Positions 1 through 12,000 of a stretch of DNA of 64,000 bases are shown in pieces (positions within the stretch are counted from its first letter, which is position 1; each line of letters begins with the position of its first letter). The notes under the pieces are model-generated. The model searched no databases. It was not told the DNA's origin and saw only the letters and a list, made by a program, of their open reading frames with translations. Source of the stretch: Acanthaster planci. Taxonomy: Eukaryota. The translations under genes and the position numbers were made by a program. The stretch is from assembly GCF_001949145.1 (NCBI RefSeq), contig NW_019091358.1, forward strand, positions 3,754,569 through 3,818,568. The letters are read 5' to 3'.

Positions 1-69
1 TGTGGCGTGGGTGTTGTCGACAAGAGCGTCCAGCTCCTGGGCGGAGACAACCAGCTGAAGAAGAGCAAG
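1..69 (+). CDS. Gene 1 exon (5'-truncated), end of MG6/linker
   Basis: CGVGVVDKSVQLLGGDNQLKKSK matches the A2M VDKSV motif; GT at 70. Confidence 0.85.
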
Positions 70-3000
70 GTATTCCGCGCTGTGCAAGATTCTCTAGGGC
101 CGCTATTTCACGGGCTGCAGAGCAGAAGATGACTCTCGGCAAAAATACGTGCTGAGAAACTGTTATGATTATTATTTATTTACCCACACTTCGTGGCCAA
201 TGAGCCAAATTATATGCGAGTTTACAAAATTAAGAAACTATCTGCCGAGAACCAACTACAAGCATTGTAGATTATACGGCATTGAAACTGGTAACCTGAG
301 CAAACTGAAATTGATTGGCATTAGAATATTGTGAAGTGAGTGCATAATGACCATTTTGTGACCCAGTCTGACAAAATAAGAAGCAAGTTGCCTGAAGCAC
401 CTTTAGAGAAAGTTTTCAAGAGAATCTCCCATAACGTATTCAACTTGGCAAGAACCCTCAGCGTTTTCAACTGCATAATCTTCAGTTTTCATCACAATAC
501 CAAGCTGAGTGTTACACCAAAAGAAAGAGCTTAGTCTGCCCTTTTATAATAATAATTTTATAATAATGTTATAAAATTACAAAAATAAAAGTGCAAAATG
601 ATGAAATGGCCACATGATCTCATTTTGGAGGAGTTGGTCTCGTTTGAGGCAGGTTTGTGGCTGAGAAGAAGCCATGACAACCTGTCAAAAGGCAACTTCC
701 GAAAACCCCTTGCTCCCTTTCTTTTTTGTTTTTGTTTTATTCTTCCTGCAGGTGTTTGCATCTCTGGAGAAGCATCAGCTTTCTGATAAGGATGGCGAAC
801 TGGATCGCAGCAAGCACTGCCCTGAACCCATCCCCTGGTGGAGGCGGCTTCCATTTGGTCGCAGGAAGAGGAGTTCCCCCCTCATCTACCGTCCCACACA
901 GACCTACAAGGACGCGTCCCTGGCATTCCAGGTAAACTCCGGGAAAGGGTCCAATGCAATTCTTAAATGGCTTTGAAGCTTTTCTTCCAGAAAAGAGCAG
1001 GTGGCACACCATCTGTCATCTGAAATGGTTGTTTGAAACTACCGATTTTCATTGCTTAAGTTGGGCAGTGTTGCCAGCATTGAGACTTTAGCATGATCTC
1101 TGGCGAACCCAGAGTTTCCCTTCCCGTAAAAAGGGGGCAGTTTATGGCAGATGGTTCATTGGTAAAAGCATATGACGTCCTGGTTGCGTCAGATTCAAAC
1201 TCCAATTAATTTCTTTGTTCATTTAAGTGTAGTTAATTACTGTTAAAAATTAGAAAAGGGCCTTTGCTCTTAAGATCCAAAATAAAGTGGAAATTTGATG
1301 TTGACTGAGTTGGAGCTGGTTCTTCCCTCGTGAATGAACTTTATTGATAATGTATACGTGAAAACCATTTTGGACATTTGAAAATTTTTGGGCGTGCAAC
1401 ACGTGAAGAGGAATCTTGTATGTTTTAGCTGTGTGACTCCTTGGTTCCTGATGTCTATTTCCCTCTGCAGCAAATGGGTTTGGTTTTCCTGACCAACATC
1501 AAGGTGGAGACTCGACCTTGCGTAAAGAAGGATTGGTACCTTAGAGGCAGAGGTAAATACAGGTCAGAAGGTAATAACTGAGGAGTCATTTGGATGTTCA
1601 GGAGTGTGACTTTGTGCCTCGACCCCCTTGTTAGGATCAGGGGAGCCGTTTTCACTCATGTAGTCTATCAGGATCAAAGCTTTTGTGAGCACGACTTAGA
1701 TTCCAAATCTCCCCCCCCCCCATAAATTCAGGAGTAAATGCATTTATTACTTTGAAGTCTCCATGTGTAACTGTAGACCAAAACTATCACAATGTCAGTC
1801 TTTGTTGACGTGCGCTTTCCCGTGGGGACTTGATTGAAATCATCCCACCTCACTGCCATAGAAAAGCGCACAGGTAATTATAGCGTGACGTCATTATGTT
1901 ACAGGTCTGTTCCTGGCATTGGAGTGTCTTTAACCGAAAGTCAAGTCACAGTTCAAACCATTTGTCGTTTCAGAAATTCTGATTCAGTAAGCCTCAGGCA
2001 TTGCGGGTGCTCATTCTTATTCTTAATACCCAGTGGGGTTTCGCATTCAGTCCACCGAAGACTGGGCTTGACTCTGCAAGCCCATGTTTGGTTTGTGATT
2101 CGTCCCCCTTTCAAACTTCTCCATCTACTGTTATGGTTACTTTGAAATGGTCCTTGAGACTCTGGCAAGTTTGGTGGTCTCTAAATTGAGACGTGTTTTA
2201 CCCAGTTGGAGGTCAAACTTTCAACCCCTCCCCTTCTTGCAAAGCTCAAGGAGATAAAACCGAAGCTTACGGAGAAAACCAAGTATGCAGAGCCAATAAT
2301 ACCACTTGCACTGGATAACGCTTGGTTAAGGTGTGAGGTCAAAATAGAAACACTTTTGAAAGCGTTCAACGCTTTGTAAATGCTAAGCCCCACCGACGGT
2401 CAACGTTGAACAGACGAATGCTTCAGTGAGGCTGGCCAAACCGTTCGCGGTCTACTGCACTGTGCATTCTGCAGCATCCAGTAAACAATGGACAGCTTAT
2501 CACATTACCGCATTGTGGACTTCTGCGGTCTGGTGGACGAGTCATGACAATAGCTCTTTGCTTTGCAGCTCCGCAGGAAGATTCAGATCGGCAGACTTTT
2601 TTCAACTTCCTGACAGAGCATGTGTATAGAGTAGTTTAGTCGCAAATAAAGTGCTGTCGGTTTCCAGAACAGTCTTTTCAGGTCTTGATACCCTGTAATC
2701 TTGGTATTTTGTCTCAGTATCCTCAGTCAAATACACACCTAATTTTATACCTGCAGAACTGATTATACTCGCTCGAAACGTTCTGTTTGTTAACGTGTAG
2801 TCATAGATAAAACCTCTTTTAGCCCATGTGCGCAAGCTGGGACTCGGCATTACGCACTCGCAGGTTTTCATGTGTAGGATCGAGGAAACACATACACCAA
2901 CTACGCGCTTTCCACTTTGCGGCCACACCTGCACGATTTAAGGATACATGCTTTTTCTTCAAGTCAATAGTACATGCGTAAACGTTGCATTTTGTTTTAT

Positions 3001-6000
3001 AAGGCTCTTTTGTACTCTTTTTATACTTTGTGGCTGCACAAAATTCATGTTGGGAAACTAACATGTCAGGTTTTATACTAATTTCTATTGTTTGACTTTA
3101 CCTATCAAACTTTAATACACAGTAAATAAAAACAGTAAAAACACTTTGATCTGGTGCTGCAGGTGAACCGTCGAACCGAGCCAAAATCATCAAACAAGGC
3201 ACTTTCGCGGAGCCGAACCAAATTGTTCGGTTCGCATGTTCGGCTTTAATATGGCAAAGGCACGGGGAAATACATACAAGAAAACTTAAAAGAAAAAACA
3301 TACAACAAAAAATGGATAACGAGTTGTACGGCGTGCTCCACACCTGCATGAACATACTGAAACTTACAGTTTCCCTGCATCATGAGATGGTTGTAAAAAG
3401 CATGTGGTGAGAATCACTCAAAAATCAACCAAGAATATGCAACGTACAGCATTGTCACTGCATAGCAATTCTAAATTCTCACTTCATCCAATCGTGCTCA
3501 TGTATATTCAGATTTAGTATTATATTTGCCAATCTCCCGATAGCCGCGCCCTTACGTTCCATTTTAGGCTAATGACGTTCCATATTAGGCCAATGATGTC
3601 ATAAATGGCCGTGAAAAAAGAATTTTGATTTGATGCTGATCACAGTCGGACTCGTGCTTGATTGTAGGCATCTCCGGAGGGAAATTTTGCTAAGCGGTTT
3701 CATACATGCAGCGCAAGGCGCGAGAATAGTTTTGTTGGTGTGGTGGTCTAACTTGCCTTTCATTTGATCATGAAGGGTTTGATTGTAGTGGGAATGCGTT
3801 GAAATGGAATTTTGCCAGAGCTCAAATAATAAAATGCTGTTATCCCTCCAAAAGGGGCTGATGGAAAATCACCCCTTTGGTCACGTGGGCGCCGTCCTTG
3901 GAAAAGTTTCTCAGATATGCAACGAAAGCCATATTCTCGTAGTTGATTCTATTTGAAACTAACTAGAACACAATTCCCTCGAAATCTAATTTGATCTTGT
4001 ATTCTGTAAACGGAATGAAGGGGGATTAAAACTAACTGTTGAACTGTTTCTAACCCATCTGTATTTTGATCTCGCGCCTAAATCAACTATCTCATTTCAT
4101 TTGTATGAGTCTTTTTCCCCCTCTCAAATCACACATTTCTGAAGGAATACCAGGTCCTGATGAGCCGTTGGCCCTTCCTGTCCTTTTTGATGCCGAACCA
4201 CAGCCAGTGTTTGAAACAGATGATAATGAGGCGGAGCAAACGGCCAATCTGGAGCCAGAGGCTGCACCAGTCACCATCCGCACCTACTTCCCCGAGACTT
4301 GGCTGTGGGAACTTGTGAGAATTGGGTAAGTCTGTGTAAACCAGATGAGGTTCAATCCGTGTGAGTTCATGTTTGATTGCTTAGGATGACGTCTGGAAAT
4401 TCCTTCTCGTACAGAGTAAACTAGACTTCTCTGGAAGGACTCCCAACCCCCCAATCATTGATGCAGTTCTGTAACTTATTGATCTTTTCTTCCTTGAGCA
4501 CTGTTTTTAACTTGTTCTTGTTTTGCCAATGTTTACCTCCCCCCATTCAGGCCAGAGTCCAGTGAAGCTGAAGTAGAAGTCGAGGTACCAGACACCATCA
4601 CCGACTGGGTTGGCAGCAGTTTCTGCATGTCCACAGAGCATGGCATTGGCATTTCCAACCCGGTACGCCTGCGTGCCTTCCAGCCCTTCTTTGCTTCCTA
4701 CAACCTGCCTTATTCCGTCATTCGCGGCGAGGAGGTGCCAGTGTCGGTCACTGTCTTCAACTACCTCTCTGAGTGTCTCGTGGTGAGTACAGGGTCAAGA
4801 ATTAGGCTTTTGGGGGTGGGGGGGGTTTAACACAACAGTCGAACTGTTTGAATTTAGAAATGTTTACCGGATTTACGGTTTCCTAATTTTATCAAATGAC
4901 AAAGACAGTGGGTGAGATTTGTTCAAGTGACATGTAAACCGACAGGAGCATTCACAAGGTGCCGTTTTTGTATTCACTGGTTTTTCAGTCAAAAAACTCA
5001 ACAAGATAATGTGTCAAGTCGAAGTCTCTCAACCAGTAGGAATGGCTCAACTCTCTTTGCTATTTATAAATGATGTTTAAAAGTAATTACGTTTTACTTC
5101 TTTCCTTCACAGAAACATGTAAAATACATAAAATACCTTCAGACTTATATTCTTATGATCATAATTCTTGTACTAAGAAAAGAAGTTTGACGGGAGGATT
5201 TTAGATGAACATGTATATAACAAAACTAAGTAGCTACTGGGCCAACTTTGTTTTCCGACATGATTTTCAGACATAATTGGCACAAATAGTACAATTAAAA
5301 GTTTGGATAAATTTGGTACATTGATGTGGAAAATGTTGAAAGGCAGTGGAAATGGCTTAGCCACCATTACTTCAGCTTTGATGCTTAAAATGCAATTTCT
5401 GATTAAAATCCTGATTGTTTTTCAATTCCCGCCTAATTGAGGTAAATTAAACCTCACTTGCACTTTATTTTCCTCTCTCTGTCTCTTTCTGGGATGAACC
5501 TTTGACCCCACCAGGTCGAGCTGACCCTGCAGGACTCCACCGACTTTGCACTGAAGGAATCCAGTGGCGTGCAGCGCCTCTGCATCTGTGGCTCAGAGTC
5601 CAAGACAGCCATCTTCGATGTCGTCTTCTCTGGCCTGGGAATGATTCCAATTGAAGGTGAGATCAGAAATCAATTTGGTAGGGGATGCACACTCACAGAG
5701 GATTTTTTCTCGAGTGGAGCATAGCAGTTTTGTGATAGTGTGATAATTGCTTATCACTGGTAGATCCAGTATTTTCCAAAAAAGAGGAACTTTTCTAAAC
5801 TTGAACATTCAAAGAGAGAAGTGCACTGTGGTGTCTTTGTAGACTGTCAAGTTTTTCATAGCCCCCTGCATTTGTTTGTGTGGCAACAGTCCAGGCCCGA
5901 GAACCATTTCCTCCACAGACATTATCTTGTCCCTTACTTACAGTGCATGCCGTGGCTATTGAAGACACCACGTCCCTGTGCGGCAATGAACTCATGAGCT

Positions 6001-9000
6001 CAACCAGCATTGGCTTCAGCGACGGAGTTCGTCGAGAACTCTTGGTCGAGGTGCAGTGATCATTGTCAAAAGGAGCTTTTTCACTCAGTGCCGTAGTTGG
6101 GTCCATCGCAAGTCCTTTCACCAGTCTGGGCACAAGTCTTTTCAAAGAGACCAGTCATAAGTAACAGGGTGAATAATGACAAAGGGAATACTTTTGTCAC
6201 AGTTCCTATGAATATATTGTGACTTGACTTGTGACAGAATGACTTGTGATGGACTTGCAGAGACTTGTGATGGACTCGACCACAGCACTGCTTGCACGGT
6301 ACAGTGAATAGGCCATTGTTGGTTAACAACTAGAAGGGAAGCATTCAGCATCTATACACGAAATAGCATTCCTTTTGCGTGAGGGTTTGGCAGACTTCCA
6401 TGAAACCCATTTTGTCGGGTGCCCGGCAGAAGGGCGTAAGCGCACTTACGCCCTTTTGCCGGGAAACATGATCACAGCAGAAAAAATGTTCCCAGTAAAA
6501 GGGCATAAGAAACACACTCTCTTTATTTAGTAAAAATGGATATAATTTACTACAAAATCAACCTGGGCTGTACAAAAAAGCAACCTTTGAACAATTTATT
6601 AAAGGACTTAGGCTTTTTTTTTTGGCCAAGAAATCTTCATATTTCATAAAAATACAGTATTTGCATACTTTCGTCCTTTTGCTTGGAAAAGTTCTTTTGC
6701 AGTGATCATGCTTCCCGGCAAGAGGGCCTAAGCGCTTACGCCATTCTGCCGGGCACACAACGAGTTGTCATTTTTCACAGTTATAGGCTCATGAATATGC
6801 TGGAAAAAAAACTGCATATCTCTTTACCTGTTAAAAAGAAGAGCAAGTAAAGGAGTGATGTGATCAAACACTTGTGTTTTGTTTGACTTTGCAGCCTGAA
6901 GGTGTTGAGGAAGAATACACAGTTAACTCTTACTTCTGCCCAGAAGGTGAAGTAATTTTGAATTCATTGTCAGATATGTATAACTGAACATAAAAAGAGG
7001 CATGGATTAAAACTGTTGACTCCACACGTCGATGTGTCTTACTTGATACTTATTTTTGTTTACACTGCACAGAAACCAATGGTCTCTTCACGTCTGTCAG
7101 CAAGCTTGACTTGCCAATCAATGTTGTCAAGAATTCCCAGAAGGCCAAGATAACCATCACAGGTATGTTGTGACATGTACCCTTTGACCTCTTAGCCATT
7201 GTGTACGGAAGCGGGCTCAATTCTACAAAAGCTGTGGCCATGTCCAGACCTTGTGTCTGGAACTAGTTGTAGGTCTTAGCTAGTCCAAATCCCAATCTTG
7301 TCTTGTTCAAATCTTGTGTTCAGAGCTATGTTTAGGCCTTTCACCAGTTGTGTAAGTTTGGGTACACTGCGACAACAGTGGTGTTCATAAGAGTTCATAG
7401 GATGCTGATAGCCACTGACGTTTTATCTCCCTCACAGGTGACCTAATGGGACCCACCCTGTCCAACCTGGACCAGTTGCTGCGTGTACCCACCGGCTGTG
7501 GAGAGCAGAACATGCTGGGCCTGGTGCCTAACATCTTTGTCATGAAGTACCTCGAGAGCACCCAGCAACTCACCCCGACCATTTCCCAAAAGGTACCAGT
7601 TGGTAATAAATTAGCAGTGATCCAGCGTTCATTTGCTACACAACAGATAAAACTTTCGAATAAGCGCCATTTGCAGTTCAACCTTCTCGCGTGTTTGTGA
7701 AATCCAAAGGTGTGTTTGCTCAAGGCTTAGATTTCATTATGTGGGGCTGTAGACTTTAACCAACTACTCTTTATTGTTTGGGGATTATGAATTTGAACTA
7801 TTTTTGACATTTTCAAACATTCACCCCTTGTGCATCTTTTGGGTCAATTTTAGGCAACAGCCAACATGAAGATTGGTTACCAGCGGGAGCTGAATTATCG
7901 CCGAGACGACAACTCCTATTCGGCCTTTGGCATGAGCGACCCCGAGGGCAGCACCTGGCTGACAGCCTTCGTTATGCGCTCCTTCGCCCAGGCCAGCGAG
8001 TACATTTATATCGACCCGCAGGATATGGAGCGGAGCATCGGCTGGCTGCGGGAGCGGCAGAACGTGACCTCGGGCTGTTTCCAGTCCATGGGCAAACTCT
8101 GCCACAAAGCCATGTCTGTAAGTTCAGGGGAACAGTAGCATTAGAGGCCAGTTTATACTTAAGCAGCGAGGCGAACACAGACGTTGTTTTGTGACATCAG
8201 ATCAAACGTTTGTGCAGGGAATTAAAAAAGGGCAAACGGATTTCCACTTTCCCTGAAATTTGCTGCAGTCATTATGTTATGTCACATTGGTTATTGTGTT
8301 CACCTGAGTCTTGATTAGGGTGAAATTCTGAGGGTCCAAAGAGGGGGATCACATTTGTTTCAAGGGAACACTGAAAGCAAACTGTATTTGGACTGTACAT
8401 TTTGAAATTTGACATGGGGGCACCCAGGGGGAGGGGCAAGTCCTTCTGCTGAGTTGTTTCCACTGTAATTGTGCCACTGTGAGGAATACCATCAGTCAAT
8501 AAGCAGATGATACTCATGATGTATACGATAAGTCTTTATATGAATTGTGATATGTTAATGCCACGGCTCTTGTATTTACAGGGAGGAGTTAACAATAAGC
8601 TCACACTGACAGCATACATCGTCATAACGATGCTCGAGGCAGGATTACCAAAGAATGTAAGTGTGCAAAATTTATGAGTATGATGGTAATCCTACTGGAA
8701 GTATGTACCTATAACACAGTGACATCACTCTTTGTTTACATTTGTATCCTACGGCAGTGAGGTGGAACACGATCTGAATCCACATAAGAAAGTGTACATG
8801 CAAGCAAAGCGTGATGTCAGTTTTTTGTTAAGGCTATTAAAAGTGTTAGATTTGCTAAGTAGTACTTATGCCTAAACTGCCACCTCGTCATTCTAGTTGA
8901 TGAGCCAATACTAGTAATTTCCTCCATCAGCATCCTAAGATGTTTGCACAACAGCACCCCACCGAAAGCCCCCCGAACAGTAAATCAGTGCCGCTCCGTC

Positions 9001-12000
9001 TTTTGTGAATATAGGATTCCGCTGTGGTTGGCGGTCTGCGTTGCCTGGTCAACGGCATCCCCAATCTGGCCGACACCTACACCACGACCCAGATGGCTTA
9101 CGCCCTGGCTCTGGCCTCTAGCCCCCAGCTGGAATCAGTCATGGTGAAGCTGGAGGAAGCAGCCACTGTAAAAGGTAACACTCTCAAACTCCAGCCCAGG
9201 TTTTCATTAGGTCTTGTCCCAGCACTTGGTTCCAGCTGTAACACATGCATCACGCACGCTTTTAGAGGACGAGTTGGTCACTTCTTCGGATGCCAGAATT
9301 TTTTCCCAGCCATAACTAAGTTAGACACTATCGTTTATTGTCACTGGAGTTTCCGCTTCCTGACTTTATAAGCATCTTTATACTGGTTTAAACTAACTTC
9401 ATTAAGATACGGCGATCTCCTACCAGTTGGTACCAGTGTACAGACAAACAAATGCTAGACAGACTTAGCCAGTGGTTACTGTCTGTTTTGAGTTTTTGAG
9501 ACACAGTTATCGCAGTTGTCTTTCCTGACCTCAGCATATTTCTGTAAGACAGGCCATGTAAGAGTTTACTGCTCAAAAGCAGCATTTATAAGTTTTAATA
9601 TTAATGCATCTTGCATGAATGCTAGAACTTAACCAGCATGGTTTCATTTCCATTTTCTTGTACTAAAATAATTTGTGTAAAGAACAACGTATTGTGGCTT
9701 GGAATACAGCAGTGTGGTATGACATTTGTGCTCAAATTGCGAGATTTTATTTCTGCCTCTAATGCCAAGAGTTCATAGAATTCCCCCACAAGGAAACCAA
9801 TATCCTCAAGTGTTGCATCAGTTTGGAATTGTTCAAAGACCTTCGCACATTGATGTTCCTTAGCTTCAATGCCCAAATCACCCCTCTTTTTTCCAGATGG
9901 CACGAAATACTGGAAATCCAACCGACCCCAGCCCGAAGATAGCTACGGCTATTACGGTGTGCCGGCCCAGGACATAGAAATGACAGGCTATGCCTTGCTG
10001 GCCTACATGCAACAGACGGTAGGAGGAGAAGCGCTGGTTGCTGGCAATCCCATCGCCCGCTGGATCATCGCACAGAGGAACTCGCAAGGAGGCTTCTCAT
10101 CGACACAGGTGGGCAAGACAAAGTTGTGTGTTGAACTTAAACACGGCCTGTCATGAAAGCAAATGTCACTCAGTGGGCATGACCCAGGAGTGTTGAACGA
10201 AATGAGGTAGCAGTCTCTTGCAAATGAGTATGGTGGTATTTGGCTGTAGTTTAAAAGTTAGCCTCTGTAGACAAAGCCAGCAATGTTTCGCTGGACGTTT
10301 TGAGGGCCCGTTATAATGGCAGAAAGTATTGGGTTGAATTTTATATAGACAAGACTGTCTATAATAGTGAAACGATTCTTTCTGCTATTGGTGGGGGCCA
10401 CCGTAAAAGACCAGTGAAAATGTTGCCATGGTCACCAAATTCATCCTTATCTTACCTTTGTTGAAAGTGGAAATTCTCAGCAAAAATGATCAGCCACAAA
10501 TGGTCATAAAAGAAATTAATTTTGCCATTGTCTCTTTGTATTGATGGTCCCATTGGTTTTTTCTTTATGCAGGACACAGTCATTGGCCTGCAGGCCCTGG
10601 CCACCTACGCCAACCTGGCTTACACAGGTGGGGTGGACATCCAGCTGAATGTGCTCACTCACCCCCAGCAGGTCACGCACGCCTTCTGGGTGGGCCCCGC
10701 CAACCGACTGATCCTGCAAGAGCTGAGCCTGGATGCCATGAATGTGCCAACCCGGGTCAGCTTCAAGGGCCACGGGATGGGTTGCGCTTTGCTGCAGGTG
10801 GGTGAACGATAACTGACACTGCGTAATGACACTGGCTTCCTCCTGTTTGGAGAAAGCCAATATTGTGCCAGGTTGTTGAAAGGCTCAAAGAACATATGAG
10901 TTAGATTTGACATGTGTGGCAAGGTGTGCCTAGTACACTTGGAACGATATGCTTGCTTTTTTCACTGAATGATTTTGTGACTTCAGAGTGCCGTGAGCTA
11001 CAATGTCATTCCCAAGAAGCCCAAGACACCAGCCTTCACTATCTCCCACGGAGTGCGCGAAATCGAGAAAGCCAAGAGATGCACCCAGTATTCCATGCAA
11101 GTTTGCACAAGGTAAGCCCTCAGAATAGGCGAGCACATGGAAAGTGCTCCCCATGGCTTAACCACTTCCTTCCGGGCGACCCGTTTTGGAGTACATAGGC
11201 TTTATATGCAGAGCCGGGGAGCTTGGAACTGGAACAAAAGAGTTGGGCCTTACAACAAAAGACCGTGCTCAGCACAAAAGACTTAGCTAATGGGCATGAC
11301 CGATATATTTTTTTGCTCTCAATTGTGGAGATAATCCAGCCTTGTTTTGAAACAGTATACCACGGTTTGAGGCATTTTGAGTGAGCAGATTACCACCAGG
11401 AACAAAAGCTCTCCGGCGATGAGCCACACAGCACCACCGCACACTAATCTGGCCCCTATTGAAAAGAGGTCAGCAGTGCACTGTGCTGGTTTCAAGAACA
11501 AAAGAATCTTATGTAACAATCTGGGCTCTTTTTCCAAGGCTGCAGGCCTGGCTGAAATATTCAAAAGTCAATGAAGGTTAACTGTCAGCTTTAAAGTATT
11601 GCCCAAAGAGTTCTTCATGTGGGTATAAACGGCCATTAAAGGAAACAGTGAATTTTTGAAGAATTTTGAAAACGGAAAATCTTGAAAAGGACCCGGCATC
11701 TTGTCTTGCTCAAGAAAAATCCACCCGGCAGCAAGTGGTTAAGGATGAATGGGATTTCCCTGCAGATACACAAGTATGTTTCATTGACCTGTTGCCTAGA
11801 AATACTGGGAAAAAATGGGTTACCAGCCAAAGTGTTTGTGTCTTACTGTGTTAAATATTGACTGGTGCTGTGCTGATATTTGCTTAGCACATCATGTGGC
11901 CATGCCCAAATTACTTAGGTGTGGCTTGACATTACACACATATCTGTTGGAAGTGGCCACAGCCACAACCATGGCGCTTGCATGATTTCAAGCTGCAGCC

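Noticed and set aside
2569..2625. Possible extra bait exon (APQEDSDRQTFFNFLTEH)
   Set aside because: Acceptor is plausible but I found no convincing phase-1 donor
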